A stretch of DNA of 15,220 nucleotides from Candidatus Micrarchaeota archaeon (GCA_964652335.1 CAZZDL010000001.1:62181-77400), one strand, 5' to 3'. Positions 1 through 6,317 are shown, numbered from the stretch's first letter. Numbers and translations: made by a program. The notes: generated from the letters alone by a model not told the origin.

Positions 1-20
1 TTCGAATCCGGCCGGGCCCA
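1..20 (+). tRNA. 3' end (T-loop and acceptor strand) of a tRNA truncated by the window edge, or a duplicated tRNA 3' fragment; isotype not determinable
   Basis: TTCGAATCC-GGC-CGGGCCC-A matches the T-loop consensus followed by a GC-rich acceptor strand and discriminator A. The anticodon lies outside the window. Confidence 0.75.
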
Positions 21-21
21 C

Positions 22-102
22 TAGAGGGGTTGCACCCCCTCTACCCCTGCACACGGCACGAGGCCGAGTTTGCACCCCTTCTATCCTTGCTATGCAAGGT
101 AG
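22..102. repeat. GC-rich intergenic element with two hairpins and an imperfect 21-nt direct repeat
   Basis: Hairpin TAGAGGGG(22-29)/CCCCTCTA(36-43); hairpin CCTTGC(85-90)/GCAAGG(94-99). Direct repeat TTGCACCCCCTCTACCCCTGC (30-50) vs TTGCACCCCTTCTATCCTTGC (70-90), 18/21 identical. Confidence 0.6.
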
Positions 103-166
103 GCCTCCGGCCCGCAGTAAGTTTGGCGAAATAAATAAAAACAACACAAAAGAAAACTAATCCGTC

Positions 167-240
167 GGGGAGGTAGCTCAGCCTGGGAGAGCATCCGGCT
201 GAAGACCGGAGTGTCCCGGGTTCGAATCCCGGCCTCCCCA
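167..240 (+). tRNA. tRNA-Phe(GAA)
   Basis: Acceptor stem GGGGAGG/CCTCCCC, D-arm TAGCTCAGCCTGGGAGAGC, anticodon arm TCCGG-CT-GAA-GA-CCGGA, T-arm CCGGG-TTCGAAT-CCCGG. No intron, CCA not encoded. Confidence 0.97.
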
Positions 241-252
241 TATGGTGAGGAA

Positions 253-936
253 ATGAGATTAATAGGAGACGTCGTGAGTATTAGGAAAAAGAGGGGAAAG
301 GTGCTCGCCCCCAAAATAAAAGAATCTATTTCTGAGCTGGCTAATATAAGACTGTCAAATCCAATATTTGAGCACGAGCCTGGCGCAGCAAGGATAAAGG
401 AAGGAAAGGAACAAGCAGTCAAGCTAAATAGGTTCACAGCAGTTGTTGACTTGTCAAAACATTCTTGGTTGTTTGACCTTGCACATGAGTGGTCACATGA
501 AGCACAGGCAAAAAAAGGCCTGGGGCTTGGTCCGGTGGAGGATCTACACGCGCAGGTTCTAGCAACTCTAGCTTTGGATCACGCCATTAAAAGAGAGAAG
601 GACCCCACGCTAAAGGACGAACTTAAATTTTCCCTCAAAGAGGGACTTAACAGATTCAGAGGTAGCGAGTACGTTGTTGGGACGGTTTTATCAAAGATGT
701 ATATGGACGGAAGAATAAAGAAAGATGAACTCTTGAAGCTTATACGATCTAGCTCAAAGGACGAGTTTTTCCAAACACTAGAGGAAATTAGAGAAAATCA
801 CAAGGAGGAGATACTGAAGGAGCTTGAAAAGATGGTTAATCACAAAAAATACGAATACCTTGCACATACATATAAAGAGTTTTGGGAAACACCACTACAC
901 GAGAAAGCGAAGTTCATAAAAAAACTCAAATCATAA
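253..936 (+). CDS. Uncharacterised protein with a zincin-like HExxH motif (putative metallopeptidase), 227 aa
   Basis: The ORF-track start at 211 lies inside tRNA-Phe. The ATG at 253 is in frame and preceded by SD GGTGAGG (244-250). Motif FDLAHEWSH (H78,E79,H82; 484-498) followed by a Glu (E96) in PVEDLHAQVLA. Confidence 0.6.
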   Translation: MRLIGDVVSIRKKRGKVLAPKIKESISELANIRLSNPIFEHEPGAARIKEGKEQAVKLNRFTAVVDLSKHSWLFDLAHEWSHEAQAKKGLGLGPVEDLHAQVLATLALDHAIKREKDPTLKDELKFSLKEGLNRFRGSEYVVGTVLSKMYMDGRIKKDELLKLIRSSSKDEFFQTLEEIRENHKEEILKELEKMVNHKKYEYLAHTYKEFWETPLHEKAKFIKKLKS

Positions 937-968
937 TGCTTTTATTCTAGTAGGTGCTTCTATACTTT

Positions 969-2471
969 ATGACCATAGATATATCTAATTTAATATCTAT
1001 CCTAGCAGAACCAGCAAATGAACCCGTACTACTACTGGTAAAGGTGTTCATCCTTTTGCTGGCATCGTTTTTCATAGCCAGATTTCTAGGTTGGTCAATA
1101 AACAAATTATCTGGGAGAAGGAAGCTGGCGAGGTATGCAGAATATTTAGTCATAATAATTGGTTTGTTTCTCTCTTTGACTTATATGAGCCCAGAGGCGA
1201 CGAGCGATTTTGTTAAAAAGTTTATTATATATCTCCCTCAGGTTGTATCTGCCTTGTTTATCCTTGTGCTTGGTTTCTTTTTAGTAAACGTCACCTTAGC
1301 GATAATTGAGTGGGTAGTTGACTTCATAAAATTAAAGAGCTATCTGGTGGAAATGGGAATAGGATCTGGCTTGCTGTTTGCAATAGATCTAGTTATCAGA
1401 ATAATCCTTTATCTGATTGTTATACAGGTTGCTTTGAATGTACTGGGTGTTTCATCCGAGGTGACAAACACACTCATATCTGCAATAGGCTGGGCAAGCG
1501 CAATTTTAATGGCCGGGCTAGTTTTTTATGGCACAAAGGATCTAGTGAACAGTTGGTTTTCCAGTTTGACTCTTAAGTCTTCAAACCTGTTCAAGCCAGG
1601 TCAAAGGATTGTCTTCAAGGACATCGAGGGGGAGATAGTCGCAATCACTTCATTCTCTACTGTTTTGGATACTGGGAAGGGCAGCTATTTCTGGATTCCG
1701 AATTATACATTAGTCAATTCGCCAATACTGATAAGGAAATCAAGGTTTGATCTTAAAACATTGGAATCACTAAGGAGGCATTATGTCGCTCAAGAGGCTT
1801 CAATGTGTGCGCCAGCGTCAGCAGAGATGATGTTGAACTTCTTTGGATTTAAAGTTAAGAAAGGACAAAAGGAGATAGCTAAGCTAGCAGGAACAAAAGT
1901 TCCTGGAGGAACCAATGCCAAAAAATTAATAGAGGCTGTGAAAAAGCTGACAAAAGGACAAGTAATCGGATTGTTCGTCCCTTACAAGGATGTAATAAAC
2001 CTTAGAGAAGAGATAAAGTCTTGGCTAGCTGATGGCGGGTTAGTGATAATAAACTTCTACAAGGCGGCTTTGTTCCCTGGTGTGAAGAGAGAACAGAAAC
2101 ACGCGGTCTTGTGCGTTGGTGTTGAAGGAGACAATTTGATAATAGTTGATCCAAATCCAACCACTGGAGGAGTTTATCAAGTAAACTACAAAGATATGGA
2201 AAGGGCCATGGGTCCGTTTGAAGGCGAGGAGAGAGGGTATGTGGTTTACGCACCAAGAGGGACAAGAGCATACTGGAGGATACAGAACAAGCTGTATTAT
2301 TCAAATCCAATGTATTATGAGAGACTAACAAAAACGTTTGAAAGAAAACTGAAGCAGGTGCTTAGGGAGACAAGGAGGATAGAAAACATACTGCCCGAAT
2401 ACATAAAGGAATTATTGGATGAGTACAGGGCAGCAGAGGAAGAAAAGATAAAGAGGTTGTGGTCTCAATGA
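969..2471 (+). CDS. MscS-family mechanosensitive-channel-like membrane protein fused to a C-terminal C39-like (papain-fold) cysteine peptidase, ~500 aa
   Basis: About 5 hydrophobic TM segments including a CmpX/TM_helix-like YLPQVVSALFILVLGFFL; MscS beta-domain KDLVNSWFSS...FKPGQRIVFKDIEGEIVAI...IPN; then Q-x4-C (YVAQEASMCAPAS, Cys at 1806-1808), HAVLCVG (His 2100-2102) and IVDP (Asp 2148-2150). The start could alternatively be the GTG at 954. Confidence 0.85.
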   Translation: MTIDISNLISILAEPANEPVLLLVKVFILLLASFFIARFLGWSINKLSGRRKLARYAEYLVIIIGLFLSLTYMSPEATSDFVKKFIIYLPQVVSALFILVLGFFLVNVTLAIIEWVVDFIKLKSYLVEMGIGSGLLFAIDLVIRIILYLIVIQVALNVLGVSSEVTNTLISAIGWASAILMAGLVFYGTKDLVNSWFSSLTLKSSNLFKPGQRIVFKDIEGEIVAITSFSTVLDTGKGSYFWIPNYTLVNSPILIRKSRFDLKTLESLRRHYVAQEASMCAPASAEMMLNFFGFKVKKGQKEIAKLAGTKVPGGTNAKKLIEAVKKLTKGQVIGLFVPYKDVINLREEIKSWLADGGLVIINFYKAALFPGVKREQKHAVLCVGVEGDNLIIVDPNPTTGGVYQVNYKDMERAMGPFEGEERGYVVYAPRGTRAYWRIQNKLYYSNPMYYERLTKTFERKLKQVLRETRRIENILPEYIKELLDEYRAAEEEKIKRLWSQ

Positions 2472-3352
2472 AGTTTGCTATCCTTGCAGGTTCAAAGAAT
2501 TACAAGGAAGTAAATCAGATCCTTGAGGAGAAGGCAAAGAAGTATTTTGACAAAGTGAGGATAGCCCCCATAAAGGAATTAAAGCCAGTTGCAAGAGTTG
2601 GAGAGACGACAGTCATACATAAAGAAGAGGATCTTTCAGATTATGATGCAATCTTCCCAAGGATATCTGCTCCAGATACTGTTCCTGCGTATATAGCAAT
2701 AGATATACTAGTTGATAGAGGAGTTTATTCACCAATTCAGCCAGACGGCATGCTGATTGCAAAGAATAAATTTTATACCTTGAAGGCAGCAGCTCAAGCA
2801 GGTATTCCCTGCCCTAGATCGGCTTTGATAATCTCTCCCAAAACAGTGGATGATGTAGTAAAGGAGTTTAAATTTCCAGTTGTTGTCAAGCTTCTTGGTG
2901 GGGCTGGGGGTAAAGGAGTTATGCTCATAAAGACGCCTGATGAACTTTCGCCAGTCATTGAGACTATGGATAGATTGAACCAGATAGTAGCAGTGGAGGA
3001 ATTCATAGAGAATCCAGGAGAGGATCATAGGCTATTTGTGGTTGGGGATCAGGTGGTTGCTGCAGAGAGAAGGAAGGCAACCAAGGAAGGAGAGTTTAGA
3101 GCAAACATTGCGGTTGGTGGAAAGTCATTAGCCTACAAACCAAAGGATGAGGAAGTTGAAATAGCCATAAAAGCAGCCGAGACAGTTGGGCTTGAGATTT
3201 GTGGGGTTGACATTCTACAAGGTAAGGATGGGTTTTATCTTATAGAGATAAATGACGGTCCTGGTTTGAAGGGGATAAGTAAAGTAACAAAGGTGGATTT
3301 GTACGATAAGATTGTTTCGTTTATTCACAAGAAGGCAAAGGGGGCTATTTGA
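2468..3352 (+). CDS. rimK: RimK-family ATP-grasp alpha-L-glutamate ligase-like protein
   Basis: ATP-grasp motifs KNKFYT, FPVVVKLLGGAGGKGV, EEFI, DHRLFVVG, FRANIAVGG, GVDIL, EINDGPG. The ATG overlaps the upstream stop (ATGA 2468-2471). Confidence 0.88.
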   Translation: MKFAILAGSKNYKEVNQILEEKAKKYFDKVRIAPIKELKPVARVGETTVIHKEEDLSDYDAIFPRISAPDTVPAYIAIDILVDRGVYSPIQPDGMLIAKNKFYTLKAAAQAGIPCPRSALIISPKTVDDVVKEFKFPVVVKLLGGAGGKGVMLIKTPDELSPVIETMDRLNQIVAVEEFIENPGEDHRLFVVGDQVVAAERRKATKEGEFRANIAVGGKSLAYKPKDEEVEIAIKAAETVGLEICGVDILQGKDGFYLIEINDGPGLKGISKVTKVDLYDKIVSFIHKKAKGAI

Positions 3353-3734
3353 TGCCAAGTCGCTTTGCCACTGCTGGTCTTAGATCCAGCTCCTTTGGTC
3401 CAGAATGAGTCTTTGATATGTCTATTACAAAATTACCCAATATTATGTCCCTTCCAACTAAAACCTTAAATGGGGAATGAGTTCTCTTTGCAGTATTTGC
3501 CACAATTTCAAATTTCTTCCCAAATAACATTATCACTGCTTTGACTAGTTTTCTCTTTTTTCTGGCTGATGAGCTAATTACTAGTTTTTCTTTCTCCAAA
3601 AATTCTAGGCCAGCCTTCTTTGCAATTTCTTCATCTATGCTCGTCCTGGCAGCTCCAGTGTCAAATTTTACTAGAACGTTAATTCTCTTTTTTCCTATGA
3701 TCTCTCCCTTTGCAACTAGGCCAACAGTTCGCAT
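3345..3734 (-). CDS. RimK-associated retropepsin-like aspartic protease (so-called ATP-dependent Zn protease family)
   Basis: VKFDTGAARTSID (DTG at 3654-3662) and a downstream VLVGRD motif typical of single-domain pepsin-like proteases. Adjacent to rimK, 3' ends overlap by 8 nt. ATG at 3734 preferred to the upstream GTG at 3752. Confidence 0.82.
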   Translation of the reverse strand: MRTVGLVAKGEIIGKKRINVLVKFDTGAARTSIDEEIAKKAGLEFLEKEKLVISSSARKKRKLVKAVIMLFGKKFEIVANTAKRTHSPFKVLVGRDIILGNFVIDISKTHSGPKELDLRPAVAKRLGIK

Positions 3735-3754
3735 TGAATTATTAATTCCCACAA

Positions 3755-3766
3755 TCTATAAAAACA
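3755..3766. promoter_or_regulatory. Probable bidirectional TATA box between the protease gene and serS
   Basis: TATAAAAA at 3757-3764 (TTTTTATA on the minus strand) lies about 23-31 nt from both ATGs (3734 minus, 3788 plus), typical archaeal leaderless spacing. Confidence 0.5.
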
Positions 3767-3787
3767 ATCTCCTCGCAAATTAAACAG

Positions 3788-5059
3788 ATGCTAGACATAC
3801 GATTGTTTAGAGAGAAGATTGAGTTAGTGAGGGAATCACTTAAGAAGAGAGGGCTAGACCCTTCTCTAGCAGATAAGGTAGTTGAGTTAGACAAGGAGTG
3901 GAGAGAGACCAGGGTGCTGGCTGACAAGCTAAGGCACAAGAAGAATGAGATAAGCCTAGAGATAGCAAAGTTGAAGAAGGAAGGTAAAGATTTCTCCAAA
4001 AAGATTGATGAGATGAAGGAAATTGGAGAGAAGCTTAAGGCTGTGGAAGCAAAAGAGAAGAAGCTTCTAGAAGAGAGAGACAGGCTGAGAAGAGGGATGC
4101 CAAACATTTTACATGAGACTGTTCCAATCGGCAAAGACGAATCAGAGAACGTGGAGGTTAGGCGTTGGGGAGAACCTAAAAAGCCAGAGTTCGAGCTAAA
4201 GACTCATTGGAAATTATTGGAGGAACTTGGCCAGGTGAATTTTGAAAAAGCGAGAGAAGCCAGTGGGAGAGGTTTCTATTACTTGATGAGAGAGTTTGCA
4301 ATCCTTGATCTTGCTCTTCAGAGGTTTGTAGTGGATAAGCTGATTAGTAAAGGCTTTACCTTTGTTGTTCCTCCATTTATGACCAGGCGGATTGTTGAGG
4401 AAGGGGCTACGCAGTTATCAGATTTTGAGGAAGTTATATACAAGGTTGAGGATGAGGATTTGTACCTAATTCCTACTTCAGAACACCCATTACTGGCTTT
4501 ACATATGAATGAGGTTATCCATGAGGACGATCTCCCTAAGAGATATGTTGGATTATCTCCCTGCTTTAGGAAGGAGGCAGGAACCCATAGCGTAGATGAG
4601 AAGGGATTGTTTAGGGTTCACCAGTTCGCAAAGGTTGAGCAGGTTAGCTTGACTAGACCAGAGGACTCATGGAAGGAACATGAGTTTTTACTGTCAAATC
4701 TAGAAGAGGTATTTCAGGATTTAGGGATTCCATATAGGATAGTTAATATTTGCACTGGCGACCTTGGAGCAGTAGCAGCAAAGAAGTATGATCTTGAGGC
4801 ATGGTTCCCAAAGCAAGGTAAATATAGGGAGGCAGGTTCATGCTCAAATTGTCTCTCTTGGCAGTCCACCAGGTTAAACATAAGGGTTGAAAGGAAGGAT
4901 GGAACAAGGGAATTTTTACATACCCTGAACTCAACTGCAGTTGCTACCAGCAGGGCTTTAGTTGCAATAGTTGAAAATTATCAGAACGAAGACGGGACAA
5001 TAACCATCCCCAAAATCCTGAGGAGCTATACTGGGTTTGATGAAATACCAATGGAATAA
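3788..5059 (+). CDS. serS: Seryl-tRNA synthetase (canonical type)
   Basis: MLDIRLFR N-terminus with coiled-coil arm, LIPTSEHPL, CFRKEAG..GLFRVHQF (motif 2), AAKKYDLEAW, SCSNC, HTLNSTAVATSR (motif 3). Confidence 0.98.
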   Translation: MLDIRLFREKIELVRESLKKRGLDPSLADKVVELDKEWRETRVLADKLRHKKNEISLEIAKLKKEGKDFSKKIDEMKEIGEKLKAVEAKEKKLLEERDRLRRGMPNILHETVPIGKDESENVEVRRWGEPKKPEFELKTHWKLLEELGQVNFEKAREASGRGFYYLMREFAILDLALQRFVVDKLISKGFTFVVPPFMTRRIVEEGATQLSDFEEVIYKVEDEDLYLIPTSEHPLLALHMNEVIHEDDLPKRYVGLSPCFRKEAGTHSVDEKGLFRVHQFAKVEQVSLTRPEDSWKEHEFLLSNLEEVFQDLGIPYRIVNICTGDLGAVAAKKYDLEAWFPKQGKYREAGSCSNCLSWQSTRLNIRVERKDGTREFLHTLNSTAVATSRALVAIVENYQNEDGTITIPKILRSYTGFDEIPME

Positions 5060-5073
5060 TTGAAGGAATAAGG

Positions 5074-5081
5074 TTTAAATA
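5074..5081 (+). promoter_or_regulatory. TATA box for tRNA-Lys
   Basis: TTTAAATA about 28-35 nt upstream of the mature tRNA 5' end, with a purine-rich BRE-like sequence upstream. Confidence 0.6.
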
Positions 5082-5108
5082 TCTTCAGAATGAAAACTAT
5101 TCTTCGTT

Positions 5109-5182
5109 GGGCTCATAGCTCAGCCAGGTAGAGCATCCGGCTCTTAACCGGACGGTCGGGGGTTCGAATCCCCCTGGGCCCA
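5109..5182 (+). tRNA. tRNA-Lys(CTT)
   Basis: Acceptor GGGCTCA/TGGGCCC (one G-U), anticodon arm TCCGG-CT-CTT-AA-CCGGA, T-arm GGGGG-TTCGAAT-CCCCC, discriminator A, no CCA. Confidence 0.96.
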
Positions 5183-5246
5183 CTATGGGACTTTATGTCC
5201 CATCCTTGCGGGGTTCTAGTTTTCCCAAGGCTTTTCTAAAAGGCTT

Positions 5247-5269
5247 TTCGAATCCCCCTGGGCCCACTA
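5247..5269 (+). repeat. Exact 23-bp duplicate of the tRNA-Lys 3' end plus 3 flanking nt (att-like direct repeat)
   Basis: TTCGAATCCCCCTGGGCCCACTA at 5163-5185 and 5247-5269, separated by 61 bp. Confidence 0.92.
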
Positions 5270-5401
5270 AACCGACACGTCGGTTTACGCCGGAGCGAAA
5301 CATGCCACACAAGGTGGCATACCTCACTGACGGCAATGAATCGCTTTGCGAGAAGAAAGTTGAGTAGGGGTTATCATCCCAGGGATTTCATCTGCCGTCG
5401 G
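5268..5401 (+). ncRNA. Candidate structured non-coding element (unassigned family)
   Basis: Hairpins TAAACCGA/TCGGTTTA (5268-5287) and ATGCCAC/GTGGCAT (5302-5320); a ~16-bp interrupted stem 5327-5342 with 5384-5401 enclosing GGGGT/ATCCC (5367-5380). Confidence 0.35.
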
Positions 5402-5469
5402 AAAACTACTACAAGCAACTGCCGAAGGACGTCAAAGGGACAAGACAAATAGTTAGGAAGAATAGGTGT

Positions 5470-5736
5470 CTAGACCTTTTTTATTCTCAATATCTCTGCT
5501 ACTTCAACAAGTATTGCTATCCAGGATGCAGCTGTCAGGACAACAATTAGACCAACGAGGACGATAAAACCAGTGTTTATCCCTATGACGACTCCACCGA
5601 TGTCTTTGACTGTGAGGACTGGAGGAATTAGATTAATACCAATGAGTATCAAGACAAGTATCTCCAGGGCAATGTATCCAAGAATCTGATAAGAAAAAAG
5701 CTTTGCCAGCCTTTTTGATTGCTCGTTTATATCCAT
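5470..5736 (-). CDS. Small hypothetical membrane protein (2 TM segments), 88 aa
   Basis: Two long hydrophobic stretches; GGTGG SD-like sequence on the minus strand just upstream (CCACC 5741-5745); divergent from rnp4. Confidence 0.7.
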   Translation of the reverse strand: MDINEQSKRLAKLFSYQILGYIALEILVLILIGINLIPPVLTVKDIGGVVIGINTGFIVLVGLIVVLTAASWIAILVEVAEILRIKKV

Positions 5737-5782
5737 AAAACCACCGTTTTAATAAAAAAGATTCAAGTTTAAAAAGATTTGT

Positions 5783-6208
5783 ATGCAAAAGAGAAGACGG
5801 CCAGCTTGGGTAAAGGATATAGCGAAACGATTTATTAATAGAATGATCTCGCTAGCTGAAGAAACAGAGGATACGGAGCTTTCAAGGAGATATGTAGAAA
5901 TCGCGTTGAAAGCATGTAAAAAGTATAATGTAAGATTACCACTAGATTACAAAAGAAAGATATGTAAAAACTGTTATGCAATACTTATACCAGGCAAAAC
6001 AGCTTTGGTTAGGATATCTAAAGGAGTAGCAATATGGATATGTAAGGAGTGTGGCCATGTCAAGAGGATCGGATCTAAAAAAGAAGGCCAGGGAGCTAAG
6101 ACCCCTGGTAAGGATAGGGAAGGCAGGGCTAACAGAAGGAGTCATACTGGAGATAAAAAGGCACCTAGACACAAAAGAGTTAGTGAAGATAAAGGTTCTG
6201 CGCAGTAG
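5783..6208 (+). CDS. rnp4: Ribonuclease P protein component 4 (Rpp21)
   Basis: IAKRFINRM...RRYVEIA...KRKICKNC...LIPG...CKECG zinc ribbon, in the conserved position upstream of yhbY-rps19e. The C-terminal tail overlaps yhbY. Confidence 0.92.
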   Translation: MQKRRRPAWVKDIAKRFINRMISLAEETEDTELSRRYVEIALKACKKYNVRLPLDYKRKICKNCYAILIPGKTALVRISKGVAIWICKECGHVKRIGSKKEGQGAKTPGKDREGRANRRSHTGDKKAPRHKRVSEDKGSAQ

Positions 6209-6317
6209 TAAAGAGGATTATATGTATATAGTAGAAACCCTTTTAAAGGAGACAAATTCAAAATTAATAAGCTCTGTAGGGCACACCTTTGTTTTGTATA
6301 AGCCCAAAAAGAGGTGA
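6057..6317 (+). CDS. yhbY: YhbY/CRM-domain RNA-binding protein
   Basis: [31 protein letters not shown]...[15 protein letters not shown] at 6045-6048 before ATG 6057. Confidence 0.92.
   Translation: MSRGSDLKKKARELRPLVRIGKAGLTEGVILEIKRHLDTKELVKIKVLRSSKEDYMYIVETLLKETNSKLISSVGHTFVLYKPKKR

Noticed and set aside
22..128. CRISPR-like array from the 21-nt repeats
   Set aside because: Only two imperfect copies with a 19-nt gap, and no cas genes.
211..252. ORF-track N-terminus MSRVRIPASPYGEE of the 241-aa ORF
   Set aside because: It overlaps tRNA-Phe; the SD-preceded ATG at 253 is the plausible start.
2729..4934. Short alternative-frame or antisense ORFs within rimK, the protease gene and serS
   Set aside because: They overlap confidently assigned genes almost entirely and show no motifs.
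241..5108. Whole tRNA-Phe to tRNA-Lys interval as an integrated island
   Set aside because: It contains the essential serS, has no integrase, and no duplicate of the tRNA-Phe 3' end was found.
5185..5367. 60-aa plus-strand ORF after tRNA-Lys
   Set aside because: It runs through the tRNA duplicate and hairpins, has no SD or recognisable motif, and its composition is atypical of the real genes here.
5268..5460. Possibility that the structured tract is RNase P RNA or SRP RNA (rnp4, srp54 and ftsY are nearby)
   Set aside because: No RNase P P4 consensus (GAGGAAnnUCC / ACAnAAnnnnGCUUA) and no SRP helix-8 motif (CAGG-GNRA-AGCA) is visible on either strand, and it is too short.
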